From assembly GCF_027213965.1 (NCBI RefSeq), contig NZ_JAPWGX010000002.1, forward strand, positions 538,412-562,411: 24,000 nt of DNA. Direction: 5' to 3'. How positions within the stretch are numbered: position 1 is the first letter of the stretch; every line of letters begins with the position of its first letter. This document shows positions 7,609 to 15,855 of the stretch, one piece after another. A program made the translations under genes and the position numbers. Below the pieces are notes generated by a model, which saw nothing but the letters and a program-made list of their open reading frames with translations, ran no database searches and had not been told where the DNA came from. Source of the stretch: Maritalea porphyrae (lineage in GTDB: Bacteria > Pseudomonadota > Alphaproteobacteria > Rhizobiales > Devosiaceae).

Positions 7609-9144
7609 ATGGGGCTTTTTGCTTATCTGCGTCTTTTTCGGGCAGGTTATGTTTTGGCGCGTGAAGGCGCTTTTTCGCTTACCGAAGGGCAAGGTATTAA
7701 GGGGCCGGCGGCAACTGCCATTTGGTTTGCGCGGCTGATAGAACGCCCTGCGGTGCGCAAAACCGGCCGGGTTGAACGGCTTTCTGCGGCTTTGCAAAAA
7801 TTGGGTCCAACCTATGTAAAGCTTGGCCAAGTGCTCGCCACCCGCGCTGACGTTGTCGGCCCGGTGGTGGCCAAAGACTTGGCCAACCTGCAAGACAAGA
7901 TGCCCCCGTTTGACAAAGCGCTGGTGCCCGCGATTTTGGCCGCGGCGCTTGGTGACAAAGTCAACACACTGACCGATATTTCTGACCCAGTGGCTGCAGC
8001 CTCAATTGCACAAGTGCATAGCGCGACCCTGATCAATGATGATGGCACAAACCAAAAGGTGGCGATTAAATTATTGCGCCCCGACGTGGCGGTGCGGTTT
8101 AAAAAGGACCTTGCTTCTTTAAAAGCTGCAGCGGGTTTTGCCGAATTCGCTATTCCAAAACTCAAGCGCTTGCGGCCCAAAGACATTGTGGACACGCTGG
8201 AACGCTCTGCGATTTTGGAAATGGACTTACGCATGGAAGCGGCGGCCATTTCTGAACTTTATGAGAACACAAAAGACGACGAGGGATTTGAAATCCCCAC
8301 GGTGCATTGGCCACAAACCGCGCGCGATGTGTTGGTGACCTCTTGGATGGACGGCATTCCGATCCGCGAACATGAGCAATTAGACAAAGCTGGTGTTGAT
8401 CGCAAAAAAGTAGCGAAAGAGCTGATGCAGCACTTTTTGCGCCATGCGATCCGCGACGGCTATTTTCACGCAGACATGCATCCGGGCAATCTGTTTGTTG
8501 ACCCAAATACCGGCAACGTGCGGGCGGTCGACTTTGGCATAATGGGCCGGATTAGCAAGCAAGAGCAGAAATTCTTGGCGGAAATCCTTTATGGGTTCAT
8601 CCGGCGCGACTATCGCCATATCGCACAATTGCATTTTGACATTGGCTATGTGCCCAAACATCAATCGGTCGACGATTTTGCACAATCGCTTCGCTCAATC
8701 GGCGAGCCACTTGTGGGACGTCCGGCGAATGAGATCTCCATGGCAAGGGTGCTCAGCCAATTGCTGGACAATACGGCCCTTTTTGAAATGGAAACCCGCC
8801 CCGAATTGGTGATGCTGCAAAAGAACATGGTTTTGGTTGAAGGGGTGGCGCGCACGCTGGACCCTGAACTAAACATTTGGACCGTGGCCGAACCCATCGT
8901 CAGCAAATGGGTGAAGCGCAATGTGGGGCCCATTGGCATTGCCGAGGAAGCCAAAGACACAGCCTTTGCACTGTACGGCGCTGCGAAAAAGATACCTCTA
9001 TTGGTGCAGCGCTATGAGGCCATGTTAGACCAAGCCGAAAAAGACCGCGCAAACCCGCCTTTCTTCATGACAAGTTGGTTCGCCGCTTTGGTGGTTGCTT
9101 TAATGATTGGTGTTGGCGCGGCGGCGATAAAAACGCTAGTTTAG
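7609..9144 (+). CDS. ubiB: Ubiquinone biosynthesis regulatory kinase-like protein UbiB (ABC1/ADCK family)
   Basis: 511-aa ORF containing LGPTYVKLGQVLATRADVVG, AAASIAQVHSATL and FHADMHPGNLFV, with a C-terminal TM helix. It forms the ubiE-ubiB pair. Confidence 0.9.
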   Translation: MGLFAYLRLFRAGYVLAREGAFSLTEGQGIKGPAATAIWFARLIERPAVRKTGRVERLSAALQKLGPTYVKLGQVLATRADVVGPVVAKDLANLQDKMPPFDKALVPAILAAALGDKVNTLTDISDPVAAASIAQVHSATLINDDGTNQKVAIKLLRPDVAVRFKKDLASLKAAAGFAEFAIPKLKRLRPKDIVDTLERSAILEMDLRMEAAAISELYENTKDDEGFEIPTVHWPQTARDVLVTSWMDGIPIREHEQLDKAGVDRKKVAKELMQHFLRHAIRDGYFHADMHPGNLFVDPNTGNVRAVDFGIMGRISKQEQKFLAEILYGFIRRDYRHIAQLHFDIGYVPKHQSVDDFAQSLRSIGEPLVGRPANEISMARVLSQLLDNTALFEMETRPELVMLQKNMVLVEGVARTLDPELNIWTVAEPIVSKWVKRNVGPIGIAEEAKDTAFALYGAAKKIPLLVQRYEAMLDQAEKDRANPPFFMTSWFAALVVALMIGVGAAAIKTLV

Positions 9145-9176
9145 CCTCAAGTCCATTGAAACGGAGTATGCCCAAC

Positions 9177-10397
9177 ATGTTGGCAGGCCGCAAAATACTA
9201 TTGATCATTACTGGCGGCATAGCCGCTTTTAAGGCGATCGACATTATTCGCTTGATCAAGAAAGCGGGTGGTGAAGTCCAGCCGATCCTGACCGCCTCCG
9301 CGCAAGAGTTTGTGACCCCGCTGACCGCCGGAACGATTGCGGGCAACGAAGCGCTGAGCGAATTGTTTGATTTAACGCGGGAAAGCGACATTGGACATAT
9401 TGAATTGGTGCGGGATGCGGATCTGATTGTGGTTGCCCCTTGCACCGCGAATTTTATGGCGAAAATGGCCAACGGATTGGCTGATGATCTGGCCTCCACC
9501 GCAATTTTGGCGCGGGACAAACATGTAATCGTTGCCCCGGCAATGAATGTTAAAATGTGGTCCGCAGGACCGACCCAGCGCAATCTCAATTTGATCGTTG
9601 AGGACGGCATGCAAATTGTTGGCCCCGATGAAGGGGAAATGGCCTGCGGCGAATTCGGCCCAGGCAGAATGGCAGAACCTGAAACGGTTTTTGCCGCGAT
9701 TGAAGACTATTTCTATACGTTTGGTGAGAACTTGCCGCTAAAGGGCAAGCGCATTTTGATCACCTCTGGTGCAACACGTGAGCCGCTAGACCCGGTGCGC
9801 TATTTGACCAATGCATCTTCGGGCAAACAAGGCACGGCCATTGCTGCGGCTTTGCGCGCTGCGGGCGCCGAAATTGAATTTGTAACCGGTGCCGCAGAAG
9901 TGCCGCCGCCCAATGGGGTGAATGTGACCCAGATCACCACCGCCCAAGACATGTATGATGCGGTGCATGAAGCGCTGCCTTGCGATGTGGCGATATTTTG
10001 CGCTGCTGTTTCGGATTGGCGGCCCAAAGAGGTGGGAAGCAAAAAGATAAAGAAAACCGGCGACGGGGAAGCCCCAAGCCTTGAGATGGTTTTAAACCCA
10101 GACATCTTGAAATCTGTGGCCGCGCTTGAACCGGGCGAACGCCCGGCGCTCGTGATTGGCTTTGCCGCTGAAACTGACAATGTGACAGAACATGCCCGTG
10201 CAAAATACGAGCGTAAGGGCTGCGATTGGCTGTTGGCAAACGATGTGAGCGCAAAAACTGGTACATTTGGCGGGGACAGCAATGCCATTGTGTTTTTTGA
10301 CGACCAAGGCCACCATGAATGGCCCCAAATGAGCAAAGCGGAAGTGGGGCAAAAGCTCGCAAACCGCATCGCATCATTTCTAAAACAATCGGACTAA
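9177..10397 (+). CDS. coaBC: Bifunctional phosphopantothenoylcysteine decarboxylase / phosphopantothenate-cysteine ligase (CoaBC/Dfp)
   Basis: ORF 9075-10397 overlaps the end of ubiB. The likely start is the ATG at 9177 ([20 protein letters not shown]...), with GGAG at 9163-9166. The ATG at 9168 is an alternative. A flavoprotein N-domain and a CoaB C-domain ([25 protein letters not shown]) are both present. Confidence 0.92.
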   Translation: MLAGRKILLIITGGIAAFKAIDIIRLIKKAGGEVQPILTASAQEFVTPLTAGTIAGNEALSELFDLTRESDIGHIELVRDADLIVVAPCTANFMAKMANGLADDLASTAILARDKHVIVAPAMNVKMWSAGPTQRNLNLIVEDGMQIVGPDEGEMACGEFGPGRMAEPETVFAAIEDYFYTFGENLPLKGKRILITSGATREPLDPVRYLTNASSGKQGTAIAAALRAAGAEIEFVTGAAEVPPPNGVNVTQITTAQDMYDAVHEALPCDVAIFCAAVSDWRPKEVGSKKIKKTGDGEAPSLEMVLNPDILKSVAALEPGERPALVIGFAAETDNVTEHARAKYERKGCDWLLANDVSAKTGTFGGDSNAIVFFDDQGHHEWPQMSKAEVGQKLANRIASFLKQSD

Positions 10398-10402
10398 GCC
10401 CT

Positions 10403-10867
10403 ATGAGCGCATTAGAAGTAAAATATAAGGTTCTTCCCCATGGCGCCGGATTGAAGGCCCCCTTTCAGGCAACCGCTGGGGCGGCTGGACTTGATTTGTG
10501 CGCCGCCGTGCCAACCGATGAGCCAATGGTTATTGAAGCGGGTGATCATGGCATTGTGCCCTTGGGTTTTGCGCTTGGCTTGCCAGAAGGCTATGAAGCG
10601 CAAATTCGCCCCCGTTCCGGCCTTGCTGCAAAATTTGCGGTCACGACACTTAATGCACCGGGCACCATTGATGCTGACTACCGGGGTGAAGTGATGGTCA
10701 TTCTTATCAATCACGGCAAAAAGCCCTTCACCATCAACCGCGGCGATCGCATTGCGCAGATGGTGATTGCGCCGGTGCCTAAAATCACCATGATAGAAAC
10801 AGATTTGCTTGATACGACGGAACGTGGTGCGGGCGGGCATGGTTCTACGGGGGTTGCAACCTCTTAG
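10403..10867 (+). CDS. dut: dUTP diphosphatase (dUTPase)
   Basis: ORF 10319-10867. The likely start is the ATG at 10403 ([14 protein letters not shown]...). dUTPase motifs are [22 protein letters not shown] and [10 protein letters not shown]. The coaBC-dut pair is conserved. Confidence 0.93.
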   Translation: MSALEVKYKVLPHGAGLKAPFQATAGAAGLDLCAAVPTDEPMVIEAGDHGIVPLGFALGLPEGYEAQIRPRSGLAAKFAVTTLNAPGTIDADYRGEVMVILINHGKKPFTINRGDRIAQMVIAPVPKITMIETDLLDTTERGAGGHGSTGVATS

Positions 10868-10889
10868 AACATTTTGAGGGAGCTAACTT

Positions 10890-11618
10890 ATGTTTAAGAC
10901 CATTCTTACAGCAATTATGCTGGCGCTATTTGGGACCACAGCAATATTTGCCGCCGAGCGGGCTGAATTTGATTTGATCGGCTATTCGACCGACGGTAAA
11001 TATTTCGCCTTTGAGGAATATGGCATCCAAGATGGATCGGGCTTTGCCTATTCCAATATCTTTGTGATCGATTTACAAAATGATGATTGGGTTGGTGGAT
11101 CGCCGTTTCGGGTACAAGCCGCTGACGAAACCACACAATTGGCCGAAATTCGCAGCCAAGCCATGCGCGCCGCTATGGGGCCAATCGGCAATTTTGACAT
11201 TTCCCGGCCAGCGCGCTTGATCGCGCTCAATGGAGATGGGGAACCCGAGGCCAATGAGCTGACGTTGGACTTTAGCGTGCCGGGTTATTCTGACCCCTCC
11301 TCATTTTTTGCCAGCTATGAGTTGAGTTTTGACATTTATACCGCCCCATCTGGCGAGAACTGCATGGACTATTTTGGAGATAAGGCAAAAGGGTTTCGTC
11401 TCAAGCTATTTGATGGCACCAGCACCAAAATCTTGCACGAAGACGTGCGGGTGCCCACCTCGCGCGGATGCCCGGTGACATATCGCGCCAGCGCGGTGGC
11501 AATTCCGCTTGAAGATGCACATATTTTACATGGTGTGGCCTTGGTTTCGGTTTGGACTTATGGCTTTGAAGGCTGGGATCGGCGTTATATGGCCGTGCCT
11601 TTGACAACCGGAGAATAA
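10890..11618 (+). CDS. Secreted hypothetical protein (possibly DUF2259-like, from memory only)
   Basis: 242-aa ORF with a clear signal peptide (MFKTILTAIMLALFGTTAIFA/AE) and a GGGAG RBS upstream. The sequence FDLIGYSTDGKYFAFEEYGIQDGSGFAYSNIFVID resembles a conserved alphaproteobacterial secreted family. The family assignment was not verified. Confidence 0.6.
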   Translation: MFKTILTAIMLALFGTTAIFAAERAEFDLIGYSTDGKYFAFEEYGIQDGSGFAYSNIFVIDLQNDDWVGGSPFRVQAADETTQLAEIRSQAMRAAMGPIGNFDISRPARLIALNGDGEPEANELTLDFSVPGYSDPSSFFASYELSFDIYTAPSGENCMDYFGDKAKGFRLKLFDGTSTKILHEDVRVPTSRGCPVTYRASAVAIPLEDAHILHGVALVSVWTYGFEGWDRRYMAVPLTTGE

Positions 11619-11622
11619 TTGC

Positions 11623-12354
11623 GTGCTCACAGCCGACGAAATAAGGCGCTACCAGCGCCATATAGTTTTGAAGAATGTCGGCGGACCGGGCCAGCAAAAA
11701 CTTAAAGCCGCAAAAGTGCTGATAATTGGCGCGGGCGGTTTAGGCAGCCCGGTCATCGCCTATTTGGCAGCAGCTGGGGTCGGCACAATTGGGGTGGTGG
11801 ACGACGACATCGTTTCCCTTTCCAATTTGCAGCGCCAAATGGTTCATCGCACCCAAGATGAGGGTGTGACGAAGGTTGATTCTGCAAAGAGATTTGCTAA
11901 CGCGTTGAATCCAAATGTGAATTTCATTGCGATCAACCAGAGATTGAATGAGAACAATGGCGCACACATCATCGCGCCTTACGATTTTGTGGTTGATGGC
12001 TCCGACAATTTTGACACGCGCGCGTTAGTGGCTGAGTTTTGCGCGGAGGCAAAAATTCCACTGGTGGCGGGTGCGGTATCTTTGTTCGATGGCAATTTGA
12101 CCGTGTTCGCCCCGTTTAAAGACCACAACCCGCGCTTTAGCGATCTCTATCCGCAACGCCCAACGCCCGATCAACTGCCCTCGTGTGAAGAAGCGGGAAT
12201 TTTGGGGCCGATTACGGCGGTGATTGGTGGATTGCAAGCCATGGAAGTCGTGAAACTAATTACGGGCGTTGGCGAGCCACTTGTTGGGCGCTTGTTAACC
12301 TATGATGGGCGAGACGCGCGGTTCCGCGAGATGAGATATCGACGCGCCCCATAA
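11623..12354 (+). CDS. moeB: HesA/MoeB/ThiF-family adenylyltransferase (molybdopterin-synthase adenylyltransferase-like)
   Basis: 243-aa ORF with a GTG start. It carries RYQRHIVLKNVGGPGQQKL, the nucleotide-binding motif IIGAGGLGSPVIAYLAAAGVG, and DDDIVSLSNLQRQ. No C-terminal rhodanese domain is present. Confidence 0.75.
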   Translation: MLTADEIRRYQRHIVLKNVGGPGQQKLKAAKVLIIGAGGLGSPVIAYLAAAGVGTIGVVDDDIVSLSNLQRQMVHRTQDEGVTKVDSAKRFANALNPNVNFIAINQRLNENNGAHIIAPYDFVVDGSDNFDTRALVAEFCAEAKIPLVAGAVSLFDGNLTVFAPFKDHNPRFSDLYPQRPTPDQLPSCEEAGILGPITAVIGGLQAMEVVKLITGVGEPLVGRLLTYDGRDARFREMRYRRAP

Positions 12355-12390
12355 GGGGTGCTAGCCTTTCGCTCAAAAAGGGGAAGGCAG

Positions 12391-13350
12391 ATGGACGAAA
12401 AAACATCAGTTGGCGTGATCGGCCTTGGCATTATGGGCCGAAGAATGCTTGAAGCCCTTTCAAGCCACGACAAGTTTTACGCAAGTCACATCTGGGACCC
12501 GAGCGCTGTTTCTGTGGCCAAAGCGACGCCCTTGGCACCTGAGGCGAGAGTTTGCGATAGCCCTGAGGCGGTGATTGAAGGCGCGAAGGCGATATATCTT
12601 GCCTGCCCGCCAGACCCGCGCCGGCTTTATGCCATGATCGCTGCGGATTGCGGCAAACCGCTTTTTTTGGAAAAGCCCTTGGGCATCAATATGGCCGCCA
12701 GCCGTTCGATGGTGCATCACTTGGAGAAGACACGGGTGCCAGCGGCGGTCAACTTCGTGCAGGCGACCGGAGAGCCTTTGGCCGCGATTAAGACCGCGCT
12801 GCAATCGGGCGAGATGGGTGATCTCGTTGGCATCGACATTGAAGTTTCTTATGCGCAATGGCCCCGACTTTGGCAAAAAGATGCCGCATGGCTCAAACTC
12901 AGATCCGAAGGGGGCATGACCCGCGAAGTGATCTCTCATTTCATGTTTTTTGCCGAGCGGCTTTTGGGCACCACTCATTTGAATTGGACAAGTCCCATTT
13001 TTCCAGATGAGACATTGTGCGAAACCAACCTTTCGGCCCGTCTTTTCAACCCCGACGGTTTGCCGCTGAATGTCTTTGCCAATGTGGGCGGCGCGCAGCC
13101 AGACAAGCAACGGGTGTTCGTAAAGGGCACAAAGAAGAGCTTTAAGGTTGAGCAGTTCAGCGAACTTTGGGTCAGTGAGGGCGATAGGTTTAGCCAGGTG
13201 GTATTTCCGTCTGACAATGCCCGCATTGATGGGTTGCATGTGCAATTAGATCATTTTGACAAATGCATACGCGGCGAACCTCATCTGCTGGCGACCATCC
13301 AAGAAGCGCTGAGTGTGCAGGAGAAGATTGAGGGGATGTTGGCGGGATAG
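12391..13350 (+). CDS. Gfo/Idh/MocA-family NAD(P)-dependent oxidoreductase
   Basis: ORF 12358-13350. The likely start is the ATG at 12391, preceded by GGAAGG. The Rossmann N-terminus is VGVIGLGIMGRRM, and the family EKP motif appears in LFLEKPLG. Confidence 0.75.
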   Translation: MDEKTSVGVIGLGIMGRRMLEALSSHDKFYASHIWDPSAVSVAKATPLAPEARVCDSPEAVIEGAKAIYLACPPDPRRLYAMIAADCGKPLFLEKPLGINMAASRSMVHHLEKTRVPAAVNFVQATGEPLAAIKTALQSGEMGDLVGIDIEVSYAQWPRLWQKDAAWLKLRSEGGMTREVISHFMFFAERLLGTTHLNWTSPIFPDETLCETNLSARLFNPDGLPLNVFANVGGAQPDKQRVFVKGTKKSFKVEQFSELWVSEGDRFSQVVFPSDNARIDGLHVQLDHFDKCIRGEPHLLATIQEALSVQEKIEGMLAG

Positions 13351-13452
13351 TTTCTCGCTGCGGAAAATCAGTCAAAAATACGAATGCTCATCAACCAAGT
13401 CAGCAGAGTCGCAAATTGTCTTAACCCAACACCTCTCTGTGTTAGAGTTAAC

Positions 13453-14772
13453 CTAACTGGCGGAGGTTGTTTCCTCAATCATTTTCTTCCGGTTCCATTC
13501 CGCTCTTGCGATAGATAGCCTTCTCGCATTATCGGTAGCAGCTGCATATTCTTCTTTCGAAGAATCTAGCTTATATCCCTGAAGCTGAATTCGTTCTACA
13601 CTCCCTGCGTCATGTAGATAGCCGTTGACGACTGCACCTTCAGGCGTCGTAGAAAAATTGTAAACACAAATTCCGCGCCTATCGGAAGCGTGGTCCCTAT
13701 ACTCTAAGAACATCTTCTGTTCGGTGTATGATACTTTATCAGACTTGTGAGAAATCGTTTCTGTCGAGCTTTCTAACTGACGCCCGTAGGAGCAGTTCCA
13801 GTTTACGATACCATCTAATTCTACTCCGTGTTCACGAAATGACACATGGAATACAGATTCGGATACCACATCGCCCGCTTGGTTTGTTCCCTCACAAAAC
13901 CACCACCCTTGGCGATCTGATATTTCAGAACCTGCTCTTAAGCTTCCATCTTTATAGTTTAGCTCCACATCTTCCTGCAAACGATATAGTGATAGAAGGC
14001 TGAAATAGCTCTCAAATAATTCGATTATGTTTGGGTCGTTTGACCTGAATAAACGACGATTTCGAAAGTTGTCTGAATGCAACCATCCAAAGACAACCTC
14101 GCGGTCATTTCCATATGAGTCAAAATCGAAGATTGTGAAATTCAGAACAGGTATATTGTGGCGGATTACGCGCGCGAAGTGGCGCGCGCTAGTTTCTTTT
14201 CCGTTCAGTAGTATTTTTATATTTTCGTATCTCTTACCGAAAAACTCATTATATGCAACAATGTCCGTCCAGACCTTCGCTTTTGATGACTTTTCGTCGG
14301 ACGTTAAAAAACTGATATAACTATCTAAACTTGCCTCATCCAAGGCGTTTGGATTACCGCTCGCAGTTTTGTAACCTACAAAAGTATTTCGCACCTCAGT
14401 TGCATGCTTTACACGTTGTTCGATATGATTGTAAAACGCATTGTCGCTTGTAAAGCACTGCAAAGTGGACGAGCTTTGAATCGCAGCCATTATTTGGTCA
14501 TGGCTTTCAATCACGCGATCCTGAGAAGATTTGTGAAAAAATGATGTGGTTATTTGATCTATAAACAATGCGCCAAGTAGCGAAATCATAATAACGCCAA
14601 GCTCAAGCGTTGTTTTTTCAATTTGCAAAGCCTGCGCCAGGCCATCTTTGTTAAATATAAACGCTATTAGACTGATCAGAACCAACAACAGCGAGATTGA
14701 CCTCGTAGCCAGCTCTGCCTTGTGGGATCGATCTGATTGAACAATTAGACTACTCGACGGTGGACGTGGCAT
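13453..14772 (-). CDS. Orphan hypothetical membrane-anchored protein (two N-terminal TM helices plus a ~360-aa soluble region) in a low-G+C islet
   Basis: 439-aa uninterrupted ORF. An AGGGT lies about 8 nt upstream of the ATG. Predicted TM helices are SISLLLVLISLIAFIF and LELGVIMISLLGALFIDQI. I recognise no catalytic or nucleotide-binding motif. The G+C content is markedly lower than in the flanks. Confidence 0.7.
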   Translation of the reverse strand: MPRPPSSSLIVQSDRSHKAELATRSISLLLVLISLIAFIFNKDGLAQALQIEKTTLELGVIMISLLGALFIDQITTSFFHKSSQDRVIESHDQIMAAIQSSSTLQCFTSDNAFYNHIEQRVKHATEVRNTFVGYKTASGNPNALDEASLDSYISFLTSDEKSSKAKVWTDIVAYNEFFGKRYENIKILLNGKETSARHFARVIRHNIPVLNFTIFDFDSYGNDREVVFGWLHSDNFRNRRLFRSNDPNIIELFESYFSLLSLYRLQEDVELNYKDGSLRAGSEISDRQGWWFCEGTNQAGDVVSESVFHVSFREHGVELDGIVNWNCSYGRQLESSTETISHKSDKVSYTEQKMFLEYRDHASDRRGICVYNFSTTPEGAVVNGYLHDAGSVERIQLQGYKLDSSKEEYAAATDNARRLSIARAEWNRKKMIEETTSAS

Positions 14773-14832
14773 GATATTACCCTAAAAAAGCCAAAGTATA
14801 TGGTGCATCACACCAGTAATAAAGATCAAATT

Positions 14833-15570
14833 TCACACCTTGGGTGGTTCGAAAACCTTTCGTGCTGTGCCATGTAACAACCAGCTTTTTCCACCTTCAA
14901 ACACCGCCGTTGAAAGCGGGTTGCCGTAGCCAGCGCCTGAATCCAAATTGATCCGGTTGCCATAATGGGTGGGTGCATCGATGGTTGTGTGGCCGTGCAC
15001 CACGAGCAATGGGTGGGGGGCGGTATGATCCAAGAAGCCTTCTCTTATCCATACAAGATCGTCGGGATGTTGATTTTCCAGATCAACACCTGGTCGAATG
15101 CCTGCATGAACAAACAGCACATCGCCGTGAATATGGGTGAGCGGCAGGTTGGTCAAGAAATCCAGATGTGTTTGTGGTACGGCCTTTTTTGCATCTTCGT
15201 GAATTTGAAATAGCCGGCTTTCACTGTGTACTTGCACGCCATAAGACGCCATGGTTTCAATGCCGCCGATATTTTTGTGGAACCAATCATATCCCGGTTT
15301 TAGGCGATAGTCGGTGCGGGGATAGTCTTCCAAAAACATGGTGAACATGCGGTCGTGATTGCCCAACAGGCAAGTCCAGTTTTTGCCCGACTGTACGCCA
15401 TTCATCAAAAGCTCAACAACGGCTTTGGAGTTTTCACCTCGATCTACATAGTCACCCAGAAAGACAATTTTTGCGTCCTTGCCGCCATCCCGCTCGATTT
15501 TTTCAAGCGTTGTGTGCAGCATTTCGAGTTGGCCGTGAATATCGCCAATGGCATAAATTGGATCAGCCAT
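14833..15570 (-). CDS. PPP-family metallophosphoesterase (serine/threonine protein phosphatase, PrpA/lambda-phosphatase-like)
   Basis: ORF 14833-15813 is over-extended through a repeat array. The real start is the ATG at 15570 (MADPIYAIGDIHGQ...), with a strong AAGGAG RBS. The PPP signature motifs are GDIHG, GDYVDRG, GNHD and VHGHT. Confidence 0.88.
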   Translation of the reverse strand: MADPIYAIGDIHGQLEMLHTTLEKIERDGGKDAKIVFLGDYVDRGENSKAVVELLMNGVQSGKNWTCLLGNHDRMFTMFLEDYPRTDYRLKPGYDWFHKNIGGIETMASYGVQVHSESRLFQIHEDAKKAVPQTHLDFLTNLPLTHIHGDVLFVHAGIRPGVDLENQHPDDLVWIREGFLDHTAPHPLLVVHGHTTIDAPTHYGNRINLDSGAGYGNPLSTAVFEGGKSWLLHGTARKVFEPPKV

Positions 15571-15591
15571 TTTTACTCCTTTTGGAAGAGA

Positions 15592-15624
15592 TTCAACAAC
15601 AAAAAGGGGCCAAGAGGCCCCTTT
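15592..15624 (-). terminator. Rho-independent terminator, probably ending the fabA-fabB transcript after the repeat array
   Basis: The minus strand reads AAAGGGGCC-tctt-GGCCCCTTT followed by TTGTTGTTG, so the stem plus tail run CCCCTTTTTGTTGTTG. It lies between the repeat array and the phosphatase start. Confidence 0.7.
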
Positions 15625-15639
15625 AGATTTTTCAATGCC

Positions 15640-15809
15640 GCCTTCGGCGCTTCCCCGGCACCCCCGAGTTTGCTTGCCGCCGTCGCGCCTTCGGCGCTTC
15701 CCCGGCACCCCCGAGTTTGCTTGCCGCCGTCGCGCCTTCGGCGCTTCCCCGGCACCCCCGAAGTTTTTTTCGCCGCCGTCGCGCCTTCGGCGCTTCCCCG
15801 GCACCCCCG
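15640..15809. repeat. GC-rich intergenic tandem repeat, 47-49 bp unit, about 3.6 copies
   Basis: Copies at 15640-15686 and 15687-15733 are identical (GCCTTCGGCGCTTCCCCGGCACCCCCGAGTTTGCTTGCCGCCGTCGC). The copy at 15734-15782 is a 49-bp variant (..CCCCCGAAGTTTTTTTCGCCGCCGTCGC). The copy at 15783-15809 is partial. Each unit contains a GCGCC-ttc-GGCGC mini-hairpin. Confidence 0.95.
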
Positions 15810-15855
15810 CCAATTGGTACCAGAAATGGGTTTCTAGTTTGGGGAACCCGAGAAA

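Noticed and set aside
9800-10377. 189-aa and 147-aa ORFs antisense to coaBC, and similar antisense ORFs inside ubiB (7812-8249, 8162-8506), dnaA (3327-3845) and elsewhere
   Set aside because: These are typical antisense or alternative-frame ORFs inside well-supported conserved genes, with no independent support.
12460-13245. A 261-aa ORF antisense to the Gfo/Idh/MocA gene
   Set aside because: This is a shadow ORF. The sense-strand protein has clear Rossmann and EKP family motifs, whereas the antisense product is Arg/Leu/Pro-rich with no recognisable features.
13421-13451. An imperfect stem-loop (TTAAC..AACAC-ctctct-GTGTT..GTTAA) immediately 3' of the orphan gene stop
   Set aside because: It has an interrupted 5+5 bp stem and no U-tract on either strand, which is too weak to call a terminator. 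It is noted only as a possible 3' structure of the islet gene.
15571-15813. The N-terminal 81 codons of the 326-aa ORF (14833-15813), rich in GVPGKRRRRDGG repeats
   Set aside because: This part is a read-through translation of the GC-rich tandem repeat and a terminator hairpin. A strong AAGGAG RBS and the canonical PPP N-terminus (MADPIYAIGDIHG) mark the real start at 15570.
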